From: Escherichia phage PSD2002
Sequence record: OK335775.1
Strand: one strand, 5' to 3'
DNA: 64,000 nt
Part shown: positions 37,264 through 46,508 of the stretch, piece after piece
Numbering within the stretch: position 1 is the first letter of the stretch
How the letters are laid out: each line of letters starts with the position of its first letter
Translations under genes and position numbers: made by a program
Notes under the pieces: model-generated
Told to the model about the DNA's origin: nothing
Database searches by the model: none
What the model saw: the letters and a program-made list of their open reading frames with translations, nothing else

Positions 37264-38244
37264 ATGTTAACTATCAAAATCAACAAAGGTATCTATCGCG
37301 GTAATGTAATCTCTGGTACGTTCATGAGTTCAGGTAAAACCTGGTTCCCTAATAAAATTCATGAATCCGAAGCTCACCTAGGTGATGGCAAGGTATTCGT
37401 ACAGATTGATGGTGTTGAACGTGGTGTATGGGTGTTCAAATGTGATATCGAAACCGAAGGTGCTGGAGCTCCTGCAATGGTTACTGAATCCGCTGAAGAA
37501 ATGAAACATCGCATTAACAAACGTTTTAAAGTAATGAACATGATGACTAATGGAATCATCGATGGTAAAATTCGTTCCCTTATCATCTCTGGTGCCGCAG
37601 GTATTGGTAAAACGTATTCTTTGGATAAAGCATTACAGAATGCCCACGAAAATGAAACTATCGAATATAAATCAATCAACGGAAAGATTAGTGGAATCGG
37701 CCTTTACGAGCAGCTTTGGAATAACCGCGGCCCTAATAGTGTTCTTCTTATTGATGATGTTGATGTATTCTCTGATATGGATATCCTGAACCTGTTAAAA
37801 GCAGCATTGGATACTGGTGAAAAACGTAAGGTGTGCTGGAGCACTTCAAGTTCTTATCTTGATGATAAAAATATCGATAAAGAATTTGAGTATGAAGGCA
37901 CCATCGTGTTCATCACCAACGTTGATATCGACCGTGAATTAGAGCGTGGAACTAAACTTGCTCCACACCTCCAGGCTTTAGTATCTCGTTCAGTTTACTT
38001 AGACCTCGGAGTTCACTCTAACGAAGAGATTATGGTCCGTGTTGAAGACGTTATCCTGTCCACTGATATGATGCAAAATCGAGGTCTGACTGATGCTGAG
38101 ACTTATCAAGCACTGTCCTGGATGAAGGCTAATGTATCTCGTCTTCGTAACGTATCATTACGTACAGCTCTTTATCTGGCTGACTTCATTGCCACCGATA
38201 AAAATGACTGGAGCGAAATCGCTGAAGTTACACTTCTGAAATAA
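37264..38244 (+). CDS. AAA+/P-loop ATPase
   Basis: Walker A GAAGIGKT, Walker B LLIDDVD; start chosen at the ATG after GGAGAATATA. Confidence 0.6.
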   Translation: MLTIKINKGIYRGNVISGTFMSSGKTWFPNKIHESEAHLGDGKVFVQIDGVERGVWVFKCDIETEGAGAPAMVTESAEEMKHRINKRFKVMNMMTNGIIDGKIRSLIISGAAGIGKTYSLDKALQNAHENETIEYKSINGKISGIGLYEQLWNNRGPNSVLLIDDVDVFSDMDILNLLKAALDTGEKRKVCWSTSSSYLDDKNIDKEFEYEGTIVFITNVDIDRELERGTKLAPHLQALVSRSVYLDLGVHSNEEIMVRVEDVILSTDMMQNRGLTDAETYQALSWMKANVSRLRNVSLRTALYLADFIATDKNDWSEIAEVTLLK

Positions 38245-38254
38245 AGGTGAAATT

Positions 38255-38596
38255 ATGTTTGAACAATTTATTTACAATCTTTATAAAGCAGGTCAGACTT
38301 TTTCCAAAGCTATGAAACAGTCTGTTGAAGACTATATTAATGAGTGTAGTACTAAGTTTTCTGAGAAATTCTATAAAAATCCGTGTAGTGGAGGAGACTT
38401 CAGGAGACTGCGCTTGGCCGTTAACACCCAGGCCTTAATAAATCTAGACCGCAAGCAGGTAAAGTTGGCAGGCGACTTCCGAGGTGAACTCTGCGCCATC
38501 AGGAATGAATATCGCATTCGTATTGAACATCAACGGAAAGAGAACACCCAATCAGCGTGGTTTAGTGGTCAAGCCGGTGAAAAAAGTTTCTATTAG
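38255..38596 (+). CDS. hypothetical protein
   Basis: 113-aa ORF. Confidence 0.4.
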   Translation: MFEQFIYNLYKAGQTFSKAMKQSVEDYINECSTKFSEKFYKNPCSGGDFRRLRLAVNTQALINLDRKQVKLAGDFRGELCAIRNEYRIRIEHQRKENTQSAWFSGQAGEKSFY

Positions 38597-38598
38597 TT

Positions 38599-38649
38599 GT
38601 TTACATCTCCAGTAGAAATGATACTATAGACCTATCAACTACTGGAGGT
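38599..38649 (+). promoter_or_regulatory. early promoter / stem-loop cassette (PeSL-like)
   Basis: GTTTAC ... TGATACTATAGACCTATCAA; inverted repeat ATCTCCAGTAG / CTACTGGAGGT encloses the -10. Confidence 0.6.
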
Positions 38650-38653
38650 TAAC

Positions 38654-39178
38654 ATGAACGCTAAAGATATTTTTTCACTCATCAATTATAACAATGGTAA
38701 TTTCAAATCCGAAAAACAAAGCAAGTTCTTTAACGACGTTGCTTGTGGTAATGAGATTACTGTATCTGGAGGAGAGATTTACAAAAGCCGTTGGAACTGG
38801 ATTGTTGTCATCGATTCAGTCGGTATTGTAGAGCTCTATAAAAACACTAACAAAAAACGTACTCTTCACTGGAGTCGTGAAACCAATCAAGCTTATCAAG
38901 CTGAACGTAACAAACGTTTAATGCCTACCGAATCTGACCTGGCAAACGTTAAATCTGATATCGCTTATTTCGATAATCTGATTGCTGAACAACAAGCTGT
39001 TATTGATAAGTTTGACGAAATCAAAGCTTGTAAAGAGATTCCTGAATTCATGCGGGAATCAGTAAACGAACAGTACGCCCTCACTTCAGGTCGTATCGAG
39101 CAGTACAAATCACAACGAGCTGAACGCCAAGCTCTGCTTCAGAAATTTGAAGAGCGTTTAAAGACGGTTCTCGCATAA
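38654..39178 (+). CDS. hypothetical protein with C-terminal coiled coil
   Basis: 174-aa ORF. Confidence 0.45.
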   Translation: MNAKDIFSLINYNNGNFKSEKQSKFFNDVACGNEITVSGGEIYKSRWNWIVVIDSVGIVELYKNTNKKRTLHWSRETNQAYQAERNKRLMPTESDLANVKSDIAYFDNLIAEQQAVIDKFDEIKACKEIPEFMRESVNEQYALTSGRIEQYKSQRAERQALLQKFEERLKTVLA

Positions 39179-39180
39179 AC

Positions 39181-39203
39181 GCTTTATACCAAGGATGGTA
39201 TAA
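39181..39203 (+). promoter_or_regulatory. possible middle-type promoter (MotA-box-like GCTTTA plus TATAAT)
   Basis: GCTTTA followed 12 nt later by TATAAT; tentative. Confidence 0.3.
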
Positions 39204-39241
39204 TGGTTCTAGGTTCTTAATTACTTACTGAGGAAATTATT

Positions 39242-40081
39242 ATGTCACAGGCAATTAATCAAATTCGTTCTGAAGTTAAAAAAGTTGTTAAATTCGGACG
39301 TATTCCGAGTTCTAAAGAAGTGGTTGAAAAGGTTTTGGCCATGATGTGGGAAAAGTTTGAAGTTTGTATTTCTGTAGATGAATTCACTAAAATCTTTGAC
39401 AAGACTAGGATGTTTACGTTAGAAGACCGAGTCATGAAATCTCTTCACAGGGCAGGTATGTTGACTCGTGCTAACGCCAGAATTATTCTTAGAAATTATA
39501 ACAAAGGCTATGACCTCTATGGTCGTTTAATCCCGGCGATGTCATTTGATGAAGTTGTTAAAGACCTTCGTACTAACCAACGACGTTTACTAGCACTGGG
39601 TGCTCGTCTAGCTTTAGGTAAAGATAAGCAAATGCCATTTAAGACTAATGGTTCAGGCGATTGGATTATCTTTAATATTGTCAACCAACCAGGTAACGAA
39701 AACGAGTATCTTACTTCAACTTTTAGTGGTTGTCAATATGACAACTGGAAATTCCATCTTCGATTGGCTTTGTCCGAACTCGAACGTAGCGGTATTCTTA
39801 CCTTCGATAATGTTAATACCAGTACAGGCTGGCGTATTAAACTTGTTAAGCCGGGTAATGAAGTTAAGAGTCATTCAGAAGCTCCTAAACCGGAACCTGT
39901 ACCAGTGCGCAGCAATGAGAAACATCAAGCCCAGATTGAGTATTTTAGCAATTTGCTTACTTGCTTGAATGTTACAATTCAGCAACAAGATGATGAGATT
40001 TTCCGACTCTCTGGTCTGAATGCTAAAGCCAAGGCTGAACGCCAGAAATATATCGATATCCTAAATCTTCTTAAGGATTAA
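39242..40081 (+). CDS. hypothetical protein with Pro-rich linker and C-terminal coiled coil
   Basis: 279 aa; SD TGAGGAAA. Confidence 0.5.
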   Translation: MSQAINQIRSEVKKVVKFGRIPSSKEVVEKVLAMMWEKFEVCISVDEFTKIFDKTRMFTLEDRVMKSLHRAGMLTRANARIILRNYNKGYDLYGRLIPAMSFDEVVKDLRTNQRRLLALGARLALGKDKQMPFKTNGSGDWIIFNIVNQPGNENEYLTSTFSGCQYDNWKFHLRLALSELERSGILTFDNVNTSTGWRIKLVKPGNEVKSHSEAPKPEPVPVRSNEKHQAQIEYFSNLLTCLNVTIQQQDDEIFRLSGLNAKAKAERQKYIDILNLLKD

Positions 40082-40082
40082 T

Positions 40083-40298
40083 ATGGCTACTTTAATTATT
40101 GGTTCTATTTTTGGATACCTTGTGATAGGATTCATTACTACTGTATTAATCCACAAATTTGACAGCTGTTTTGAAAAAGGTGATGAGTATGATGCAGTGT
40201 TCACTACTCTCGCCTGGCCTATATTCTGGGTTACAGGTATTGTTCTGGCTATAGTGTGGCCTATGGCTAAATTCTATAAAAAATTATTTGGACTTTAA
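40083..40298 (+). CDS. small membrane protein
   Basis: 71 aa with two hydrophobic segments. Confidence 0.4.
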   Translation: MATLIIGSIFGYLVIGFITTVLIHKFDSCFEKGDEYDAVFTTLAWPIFWVTGIVLAIVWPMAKFYKKLFGL

Positions 40299-40299
40299 T

Positions 40300-41169
40300 A
40301 TGAACATTAAAACACGTAAAGAATATTCCCGATATGATTTTGGTGTAACCAAGCGTATCGCTATCGATCGGCTGGCAGACTTTGGCCATATTTGTAATGG
40401 TAATTATACTTATGGTGTAGGTCGTAAAGGGACTTATATTAGTTCTTTAAATGATTATTGCCGAAGCCCAGCCCACCTGTTTGGTGCAACACTACGAGCT
40501 AATATCAAAGACCTCTTGGCTACTGCAGGACGTATTTCTACGGTTCCTGTCAATATCAAGAATATTAATTTTACGGCTCGTAACCTAGTCATTAATATTC
40601 TGCCTGACGGTATTCAAGTTCGTTTCCGTCCTACCTCAAAAGGTAATAAGGCCCTTCGTGAAGCATTCGAAACCTTATTCAGAGAGGCAATGACCCGTAT
40701 TAAGGCAGTAGAATCATATAAAGTTACAACCGATGAATATGCTGATTGTTTTGAGCGGGCTGATGCAGTGTATTTTAATGTTAAACTAACTCGTGAATAT
40801 CTTTTGTCTTATGCCCCTTATCAATCCCAACAAAAGGACCCACAAATGGAACGTCGTATCTCTGCAGTATCATGTGACAGTGTAGGCCAGTATGCGGCCT
40901 ATGACAAATTCAAAACCACTGCGGTGCCTAGTCCATTCAATTCCGAACCTTATCATTGGAAAATTAAACCTGATAATTCTTTGGTTGTTACTAACCCTAC
41001 GATGAAACCTATCGAGAAGTATCATGAGGACCACCTCCAGGAATCAATCCACCGTTTAAACGGCCAGATCGAAGATGAGAAAAAGAGTATTCAAGACGTA
41101 TTGATTCGCATCAAGAACATGGAAATCCAGCGTGACAAGCTTAGCGCGGCAGTATTAGCTCTAAAATAA
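40300..41169 (+). CDS. hypothetical protein with C-terminal coiled coil
   Basis: Start chosen at the second in-frame ATG (an alternative ATG at 40288 lies inside the upstream gene). Confidence 0.5.
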   Translation: MNIKTRKEYSRYDFGVTKRIAIDRLADFGHICNGNYTYGVGRKGTYISSLNDYCRSPAHLFGATLRANIKDLLATAGRISTVPVNIKNINFTARNLVINILPDGIQVRFRPTSKGNKALREAFETLFREAMTRIKAVESYKVTTDEYADCFERADAVYFNVKLTREYLLSYAPYQSQQKDPQMERRISAVSCDSVGQYAAYDKFKTTAVPSPFNSEPYHWKIKPDNSLVVTNPTMKPIEKYHEDHLQESIHRLNGQIEDEKKSIQDVLIRIKNMEIQRDKLSAAVLALK

Positions 41170-41170
41170 T

Positions 41171-41200
41171 GTTTACATCCAAGGACGGATGGAGTATAAT
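41171..41200 (+). promoter_or_regulatory. T4-type early promoter
   Basis: GTTTAC ... GGAGTATAAT. Confidence 0.55.
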
Positions 41201-41227
41201 CTTTTTAAATCTACTGAGGAGAATATC

Positions 41228-42238
41228 ATGACTCGTACTGAATACATCAATGCCTTTACTACGTATATCACTACCAACACCCCTCCGTTAACCCCATACG
41301 AGGTAATAGTTTCTAATATCAATAAATGGGTCGACCAAATTGATGATGCATTATCGCGCTGTTTCAAAGCTGAAATCGAAAAGATTGCAGGCCGTTTGTG
41401 CATTCATGATATCATTAAAACATTTAAAGGTTCTCGACTGCTTTCGCGCCTGGTCAATAAGGACATCCTTTCTGAGTTCGGTAAAGAGAAATATCCAGGT
41501 TCCAACCGTGTTGTTAGCTACAAATGGTTTGGTGATACCATAAAAGGTTATATCAAAATTAAAGGTATGGACCCTAATAGTTTATTTCCGCAACGTTGGG
41601 TTAGCGAATTCAAGGCTAACTCTGCATTAATTCTCAAAGCGGCCTCTAAAACTATAGTTTCCGGTGATTGTCGTACTATTCACCCGATGGCTAATTGCAT
41701 GATTAAAACAAATAGTTATAAAGGAAAAGCTATTATTTCTGTTATTTGGTCACCTAATAGGAAACCTAAAGATGATGTGGAAGTTGTAAAGTATCAAGAT
41801 ATTGCTTACGATACCTTGAATACTATCGAACAAGCTTTAGCTCTGATGGATACCGTAGAGAAATATGAGACCCAAGAAGTTAAACACCACTTAGGCTGGA
41901 AAGGATATGAAGTCTTAGTAACAGTCCGTGAAATCAAATGTACCGTTCCAAAAACTGATGCTGAAATTTACCAAGAAAAATGTGAGGAAATTGTGAACAC
42001 TGATAAAGAGCCTGCTACATTAGAAGACTTGATTAACGACTTGAACAGCCCTATCATGGCCCCTACACCAATTACTAAATCCAAGTTACCGGAAGTCGTT
42101 GCCTTGGAAAAAGCGTATAAAGATGCCCTTGCTATTAACAAAAAACTGACTGGCCAATATACCGCCGCCAAGAAACTTTGGGAAGAGTCTACCAATCGTT
42201 TAGACCGTCTTGAACAGGCTCTGGGGCTGCTGAAATGA
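41228..42238 (+). CDS. hypothetical protein with C-terminal coiled coil
   Basis: ATG after TGAGGAGAATATC. Confidence 0.5.
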   Translation: MTRTEYINAFTTYITTNTPPLTPYEVIVSNINKWVDQIDDALSRCFKAEIEKIAGRLCIHDIIKTFKGSRLLSRLVNKDILSEFGKEKYPGSNRVVSYKWFGDTIKGYIKIKGMDPNSLFPQRWVSEFKANSALILKAASKTIVSGDCRTIHPMANCMIKTNSYKGKAIISVIWSPNRKPKDDVEVVKYQDIAYDTLNTIEQALALMDTVEKYETQEVKHHLGWKGYEVLVTVREIKCTVPKTDAEIYQEKCEEIVNTDKEPATLEDLINDLNSPIMAPTPITKSKLPEVVALEKAYKDALAINKKLTGQYTAAKKLWEESTNRLDRLEQALGLLK

Positions 42239-42546
42239 AACAACGTTTAGCTGAAGATATTGCTTCAGCATCTAATACTGGTTTATTGAAATTTATTAAA
42301 GCCGAGGATGTTGAAGCTGAATTGGTTGGTAAAATTCATGGTTGTGATGATTATGGTGATGCCGTTAATTGGGATGCTGTAATGGCTATGGTCGCACGAC
42401 GAGAACAAGCTTCTAAGAATGTTCCTAACTGTCCTAAGTGCGGCACAGAACAGGTTCAATTGGTCCATTGGCAGACTAGTAATCTTCGTTACAAATGCCG
42501 CCATTGTAAACACCGATTTGAGCGAGACGAAAATGGCAAAGCGTAA
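42235..42546 (+). CDS. zinc-ribbon protein
   Basis: CPKCG ... CRHCKHRF four-cysteine motif. Confidence 0.45.
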   Translation: MKQRLAEDIASASNTGLLKFIKAEDVEAELVGKIHGCDDYGDAVNWDAVMAMVARREQASKNVPNCPKCGTEQVQLVHWQTSNLRYKCRHCKHRFERDENGKA

Positions 42547-42769
42547 AGAATATGTAGAGGCTGCCGATAAGGCGGTCCACGAACTTACCCTAGCTTATTA
42601 TAAAGAGCATGGTAAATTCCCAGACAGTTATTCAGTTTTAAAATCTGCTTTAACTCGCTCGTATAATAATATACTATCTGATGTGTATAATTTAAAATAT
42701 GAGCACATGGAAAAATATGGAACAGAACTCGACCGTTCTGAAGCATTCAAACAAATATTAGGAATTTAA
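42533..42769 (+). CDS. hypothetical protein
   Basis: 78 aa from the internal ATG; overlaps the upstream gene end. Confidence 0.4.
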   Translation: MAKRKEYVEAADKAVHELTLAYYKEHGKFPDSYSVLKSALTRSYNNILSDVYNLKYEHMEKYGTELDRSEAFKQILGI

Positions 42770-42770
42770 A

Positions 42771-43034
42771 ATGTTTAAAGTTTATGGTTATGATTCAAAT
42801 ATTCACCGTTGTGTTTTCTGCGATAATGCCAAACGTCTGCTTGATGTTAAGAAACAATCTTACGAATTCATTAACGTGATGCCGGAAAAAGGCGTATTTG
42901 ATGATGAGAAGATTGCTGAACTCTTGACTGCTCTTGGACGTGAATCTCAGGTAGGTTTGACTATGCCTCAGGTATTTGCTCCTGATGGAAGTCATATTGG
43001 TGGCTTTGACCAACTGCGAGCATACTTCAAATGA
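42771..43034 (+). CDS. nrdC: phage thioredoxin/glutaredoxin NrdC
   Basis: 87 aa; closely resembles T4 NrdC (MFKVYGYDSNIH.C..CDNAKRLL ... GLTMPQVFAPDGSHIGGFDQLR). Confidence 0.9.
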   Translation: MFKVYGYDSNIHRCVFCDNAKRLLDVKKQSYEFINVMPEKGVFDDEKIAELLTALGRESQVGLTMPQVFAPDGSHIGGFDQLRAYFK

Positions 43035-43192
43035 TTGAATTATTGTTGGTTGTTTTGTATCTTATCATCGGTATTGGTTATGCTAAGACCCTAGCTAAAT
43101 TAGATGATTCAGGTGACTTTTGTTGGTGGTTGACGTCTATGATTTGTTGGCCTTTATTTCTGGTTGGTGCTTCATTCTGGAACTTCAAATGA
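43031..43192 (+). CDS. small membrane protein (53 aa) flanked by 19-bp direct repeats
   Basis: ATGA overlap with the nrdC stop; hydrophobic; ACTTCAAATGATTGAATTA occurs at 43024 and 43182. Confidence 0.4.
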   Translation: MIELLLVVLYLIIGIGYAKTLAKLDDSGDFCWWLTSMICWPLFLVGASFWNFK

Positions 43193-43497
43193 TTGAATTA
43201 AACGAACAAACCATTTTTCTAGGTGATGGTACCGAAGATGACCTGGAATATAAACTATACGAATATATGGTTTGGTTAGCCAAAGCAGAAGGTATTGACT
43301 TTGTTGTAGCCCATCCATATGGCGAGAACACCGTTGTAATCGGTGGTACTGCTTATGAAGTCCAATGGCAATACGTTGGGCTTGAATCTGAAGAATTTGA
43401 AGAAGATGAACACGGCGATTGGCATCCAGTCGGCCCTTGGTACTGGGAACACGGTGAACCTGATTTTGAAGTAAGTAGTTGGTGGTGTGACCGTTAA
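43189..43497 (+). CDS. hypothetical acidic protein
   Basis: Start at the repeated ATGATTGAATTA junction. Confidence 0.45.
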   Translation: MIELNEQTIFLGDGTEDDLEYKLYEYMVWLAKAEGIDFVVAHPYGENTVVIGGTAYEVQWQYVGLESEEFEEDEHGDWHPVGPWYWEHGEPDFEVSSWWCDR

Positions 43498-43619
43498 GCC
43501 ATGGTATACCGCTCGATGGGAAACTGTCGAGCCAGAGGAACCTGTTTACAACGATTCCGAAATAGAGTATAATGAACCTTCAAACAATGATTTAATTGAT
43601 ATGGAGTTTGGGTTTTACT

Positions 43620-43796
43620 ATGAAAACTGAATTGATTTATACCGAAAAGTTAAACGGTGGTAAGGTCTGGAAACTTCTTATTAAAGGAAGTCCTACTGAT
43701 CAGTTTATGGCCACTTGTGTAGGGTTATACACCCATCCTACTAAAAAGATGATTCGTCAATTTAAACGTTTGCATCGTTCATTCTATGGGGTCTGA
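43620..43796 (+). CDS. hypothetical small protein
   Basis: 58 aa; weak SD. Confidence 0.3.
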   Translation: MKTELIYTEKLNGGKVWKLLIKGSPTDQFMATCVGLYTHPTKKMIRQFKRLHRSFYGV

Positions 43797-43797
43797 T

Positions 43798-43890
43798 ATG
43801 GAGGCTCTTATTACGGTATTTTGGGTAGGAGTTGTTTTATTCGGATTGTTGTTAGTGCTAAGTTACACTGCTAAACTATTAGGATATTAA
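43798..43890 (+). CDS. hydrophobic micro-protein (30 aa)
   Basis: MEALITVFWVGVVLFGLLLVLSYTAKLLGY; overlaps the upstream stop; below the ORF-track cutoff. Confidence 0.3.
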   Translation: MEALITVFWVGVVLFGLLLVLSYTAKLLGY

Positions 43891-43925
43891 TAAATACCCT
43901 TATCTAATAATGGTAAGGGTTTATT

Positions 43926-44399
43926 ATGTTGTTGACCGGCAAATTATACAAAGAAGAAAAACAAAAACTTTATGATGCACAATGTGGTAAGTGTTTGATT
44001 TGTAAACGTGAATTAAACCCTGATGTTCAAAGTAACCACCTTGACCACGACCATGAATTGAACGGGCCAAAAGCCGGTAAGGTTCGTGGTTTACTATGTA
44101 ACCTGTGCAATGCTGCAGAAGGACAAATGAAGCATAAGTTCAACCGTTCTGGTCTTAAAGGTCAAAACGTTGACTACCTCGAATGGTTAGAGAATTTGCT
44201 GGTCTATCTGAAAGCTGATTATACTGAAAACAATATTCATCCTAATTTCGTTCCTGATAAAACCAAAGAGTTCAGCAGGTTAGGTAAGGAAGAAATGATT
44301 GCTGAAATGCTTTCACATGGAATGACTTATAATGAATCTGACACTAAGAAACAAATGGTCGATTCATTTAAAAAACAACTGAGGAAATCGCTTAAATGA
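43926..44399 (+). CDS. 49: endonuclease VII (Holliday junction resolvase) gp49
   Basis: 157 aa; closely resembles T4 EndoVII (MLLTGKLYKEEKQK ... NHLDHDHELNGPKAGKVRGLLCNLCNAAEG). Confidence 0.95.
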   Translation: MLLTGKLYKEEKQKLYDAQCGKCLICKRELNPDVQSNHLDHDHELNGPKAGKVRGLLCNLCNAAEGQMKHKFNRSGLKGQNVDYLEWLENLLVYLKADYTENNIHPNFVPDKTKEFSRLGKEEMIAEMLSHGMTYNESDTKKQMVDSFKKQLRKSLK

Positions 44400-44493
44400 T
44401 TAATTTTTATGCCTTAACCGAATCCATGAATGATATTATCCGGCGCATGGGTGTTGAGTATCCTGCTCAATGGTTATTTGTTGTAACTAATAC

Positions 44494-44721
44494 GTGGACT
44501 ATCGTATGAACAAATTTCGTAATGCTGTTTCCGATATCCTGGCCAATATTACATTTGCCTTGTTTATCGTGTGCCTTTTAATCCTGGTCATCCCGTTTGG
44601 ATTACTGTTTGTTATTATCGGTGCCCTGAGTACTGAAAAAGGTCTTGAAGGGTCTGAGTTCGAAAAACGAATCCAGTCTGTTCATGGTGTTATTTCTAAA
44701 ATGATGAAGGTGAAAGAATGA
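44494..44721 (+). CDS. small membrane protein
   Basis: TM segment ITFALFIVCLLILVIPFGLLFVIIGAL. Confidence 0.4.
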   Translation: MDYRMNKFRNAVSDILANITFALFIVCLLILVIPFGLLFVIIGALSTEKGLEGSEFEKRIQSVHGVISKMMKVKE

Positions 44722-45014
44722 AACGTTTTGAAGAATATGTAGCTTTGAATTGGACCGCTTGGGACAAGTTTGGTGATGATTGGTACTTCCATGACTGTGA
44801 CCTGAACCCGGAATTCTTTAAAGGTAAGGAAGACGACCTCAAGGACATCTATGCTCTGTCAGAGATTCATGGTATTAAACCTACTGTCTATTTCTCTTTT
44901 GATGATACTGGGTTCCTTGTACAGGTTTACGTTCCATACGGAACTAATGAAGACGAAGTTCTAAAAACCTGGGACTACCAAGGAGTTATTTCCTGTGGAC
45001 CAAAAGTTAACTAA
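44718..45014 (+). CDS. hypothetical protein
   Basis: 98-aa ORF. Confidence 0.4.
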   Translation: MKRFEEYVALNWTAWDKFGDDWYFHDCDLNPEFFKGKEDDLKDIYALSEIHGIKPTVYFSFDDTGFLVQVYVPYGTNEDEVLKTWDYQGVISCGPKVN

Positions 45015-45312
45015 AATTGAGATTTACGGTATCCCTGAGACAGTCATGCGCTGTCCAGGGTGCATTGCTGTTCTATCGCTCCTAAATTCCCTTTCTATCC
45101 CACATACTTTCTATCCTGTGATTAACCAGACGCCGTCAGGCGCAGTATATGACAAGCCTCTTATAGTATCATTGGCCAAACGTGCAGGCTTCAAGAGCTT
45201 AGCGATACGCTATCCTGTCATATTTGTCGATAATAAGAAAATAGAAAATATTCCTGCCTTCAAATCGCTTTTGATTGAACTTGGTTATGACCGAGATTTA
45301 ATTGAAGATTAG
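44995..45312 (+). CDS. glutaredoxin-like protein (nrdH position)
   Basis: CPGC motif; lies between gene 49 and gene 55 where T4 has nrdH/nrdG/nrdD; no nrdD- or nrdG-sized ORF here. Confidence 0.4.
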   Translation: MDQKLTKIEIYGIPETVMRCPGCIAVLSLLNSLSIPHTFYPVINQTPSGAVYDKPLIVSLAKRAGFKSLAIRYPVIFVDNKKIENIPAFKSLLIELGYDRDLIED

Positions 45313-45366
45313 TGTTTACTTCCTCTCCTCACGTGTTATAGTCTATCCTATCAACACATGAGGAGA
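45313..45366 (+). promoter_or_regulatory. early promoter / stem-loop cassette (PeSL-like)
   Basis: GTTTAC ... TGTTATAGTCTATCCTATCAA; inverted repeat TCTCCTCACGTG / CACATGAGGAGA. Confidence 0.55.
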
Positions 45367-45371
45367 ACATT

Positions 45372-45554
45372 ATGACTATCCAAGATAAAGAAATTAAAGT
45401 CGACCAGTATTATTCAGTAAATGGCTACCCTGTTCAAGTAACAAAGGTAACAAATCTCGATGTATGGTATCAACCTTTGACTCACCCTGATGCTCCATTG
45501 ATGGTGTGCGACCGTTCTTTATTTTGTTCAGTAGCAAAGGAAATTAAATCATGA
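45372..45554 (+). CDS. hypothetical protein
   Basis: 60-aa ORF. Confidence 0.35.
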   Translation: MTIQDKEIKVDQYYSVNGYPVQVTKVTNLDVWYQPLTHPDAPLMVCDRSLFCSVAKEIKS

Positions 45555-45805
45555 GTCTGAAATTACATTCAATGAAAAATATCATTACCCTTAATCTGGA
45601 TGATGAGCGCCTGATTTTTCTCACTGTCACTGATAAGAATATTGAAATCGCCAACGGCCCGAAAACTTATTGCTGTCCTGTTAAGAATTGGAAACGTGTA
45701 ACATTTCTTACTCTGGCTGAACGCCTGAAAGATATTAAGTTAGATTTGGATGTCAAAGATGTCCAATACATTAAAAATCTTATTGGATACAAACTGCTGA
45801 GGTAA
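45551..45805 (+). CDS. hypothetical protein
   Basis: 84-aa ORF. Confidence 0.4.
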   Translation: MSLKLHSMKNIITLNLDDERLIFLTVTDKNIEIANGPKTYCCPVKNWKRVTFLTLAERLKDIKLDLDVKDVQYIKNLIGYKLLR

Positions 45806-45807
45806 CT

Positions 45808-46101
45808 ATGGGTAAAACTATCCGTCGTAAAGAATTGTCTGTAAAAGATTTTTATTATTCCGGACGCCGTAAAGCACCTGACGGCGTAAGTCAGGATTTG
45901 GTTGAAGAAAATATCTTCCGTTCTGACAAGTGGAAACGTATGCGCGGTGTTGATTCTGAAGTTAAGAACGAAATGAACCGCCAGCTTCGTAAAGAAGTGA
46001 GAAAGCTGAAAAAAGATGTTTACAATGACGATGAACCTGATTACAATACTTCTCATCAAGTTGCAAAACGTAAATCAAACGAGTGCTATCGTTACAGCTG
46101 A
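45808..46101 (+). CDS. basic protein
   Basis: 97 aa, K/R-rich. Confidence 0.4.
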   Translation: MGKTIRRKELSVKDFYYSGRRKAPDGVSQDLVEENIFRSDKWKRMRGVDSEVKNEMNRQLRKEVRKLKKDVYNDDEPDYNTSHQVAKRKSNECYRYS

Positions 46102-46108
46102 GGAAAAT

Positions 46109-46240
46109 ATGAATATTAAACGAATGCTTTTTAAGCAAGGGTTATATACTTTAAATGTTACTCCAAAAGGCGATACAACCAAGTGGTCAGTAAATGACTG
46201 GGTTAAATTCATTGATGAAAACGGTAACTGGAAAATTTAA
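46109..46240 (+). CDS. hypothetical small protein (43 aa)
   Basis: ATG after TGAGGAAAAT. Confidence 0.3.
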   Translation: MNIKRMLFKQGLYTLNVTPKGDTTKWSVNDWVKFIDENGNWKI

Positions 46241-46441
46241 ATGAACCCTGAATCTAAATTATCACAGCGAATCGCCGAATCTCGTCGTCAGTTCTTTGAA
46301 AATATGATAGCCCAAGGTATTGATGACGAAGTTTTTCTGAACTGGTTTTGGAATCACAAATATTCAAGTTGCTCAGGTGCTTTGTTAATTTCCGCAGCAA
46401 TGATGTACGAAGGTTGGAAAGGCGCCAAAGCACAAAAATAG
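46241..46441 (+). CDS. hypothetical protein
   Basis: 66-aa ORF. Confidence 0.35.
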   Translation: MNPESKLSQRIAESRRQFFENMIAQGIDDEVFLNWFWNHKYSSCSGALLISAAMMYEGWKGAKAQK

Positions 46442-46470
46442 TTTACAAACTCTTGGGACCAGAGTATAAT
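46441..46470 (+). promoter_or_regulatory. early-type promoter with -10 inside an inverted repeat
   Basis: GTTTAC ... GGACC-AGAGTATAAT-GGTCC; TATAAATT late-like box at 46483. Confidence 0.5.
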
Positions 46471-46508
46471 GGTCCTACGGATTATAAATTTTAACTGAGG
46501 AAATTATT

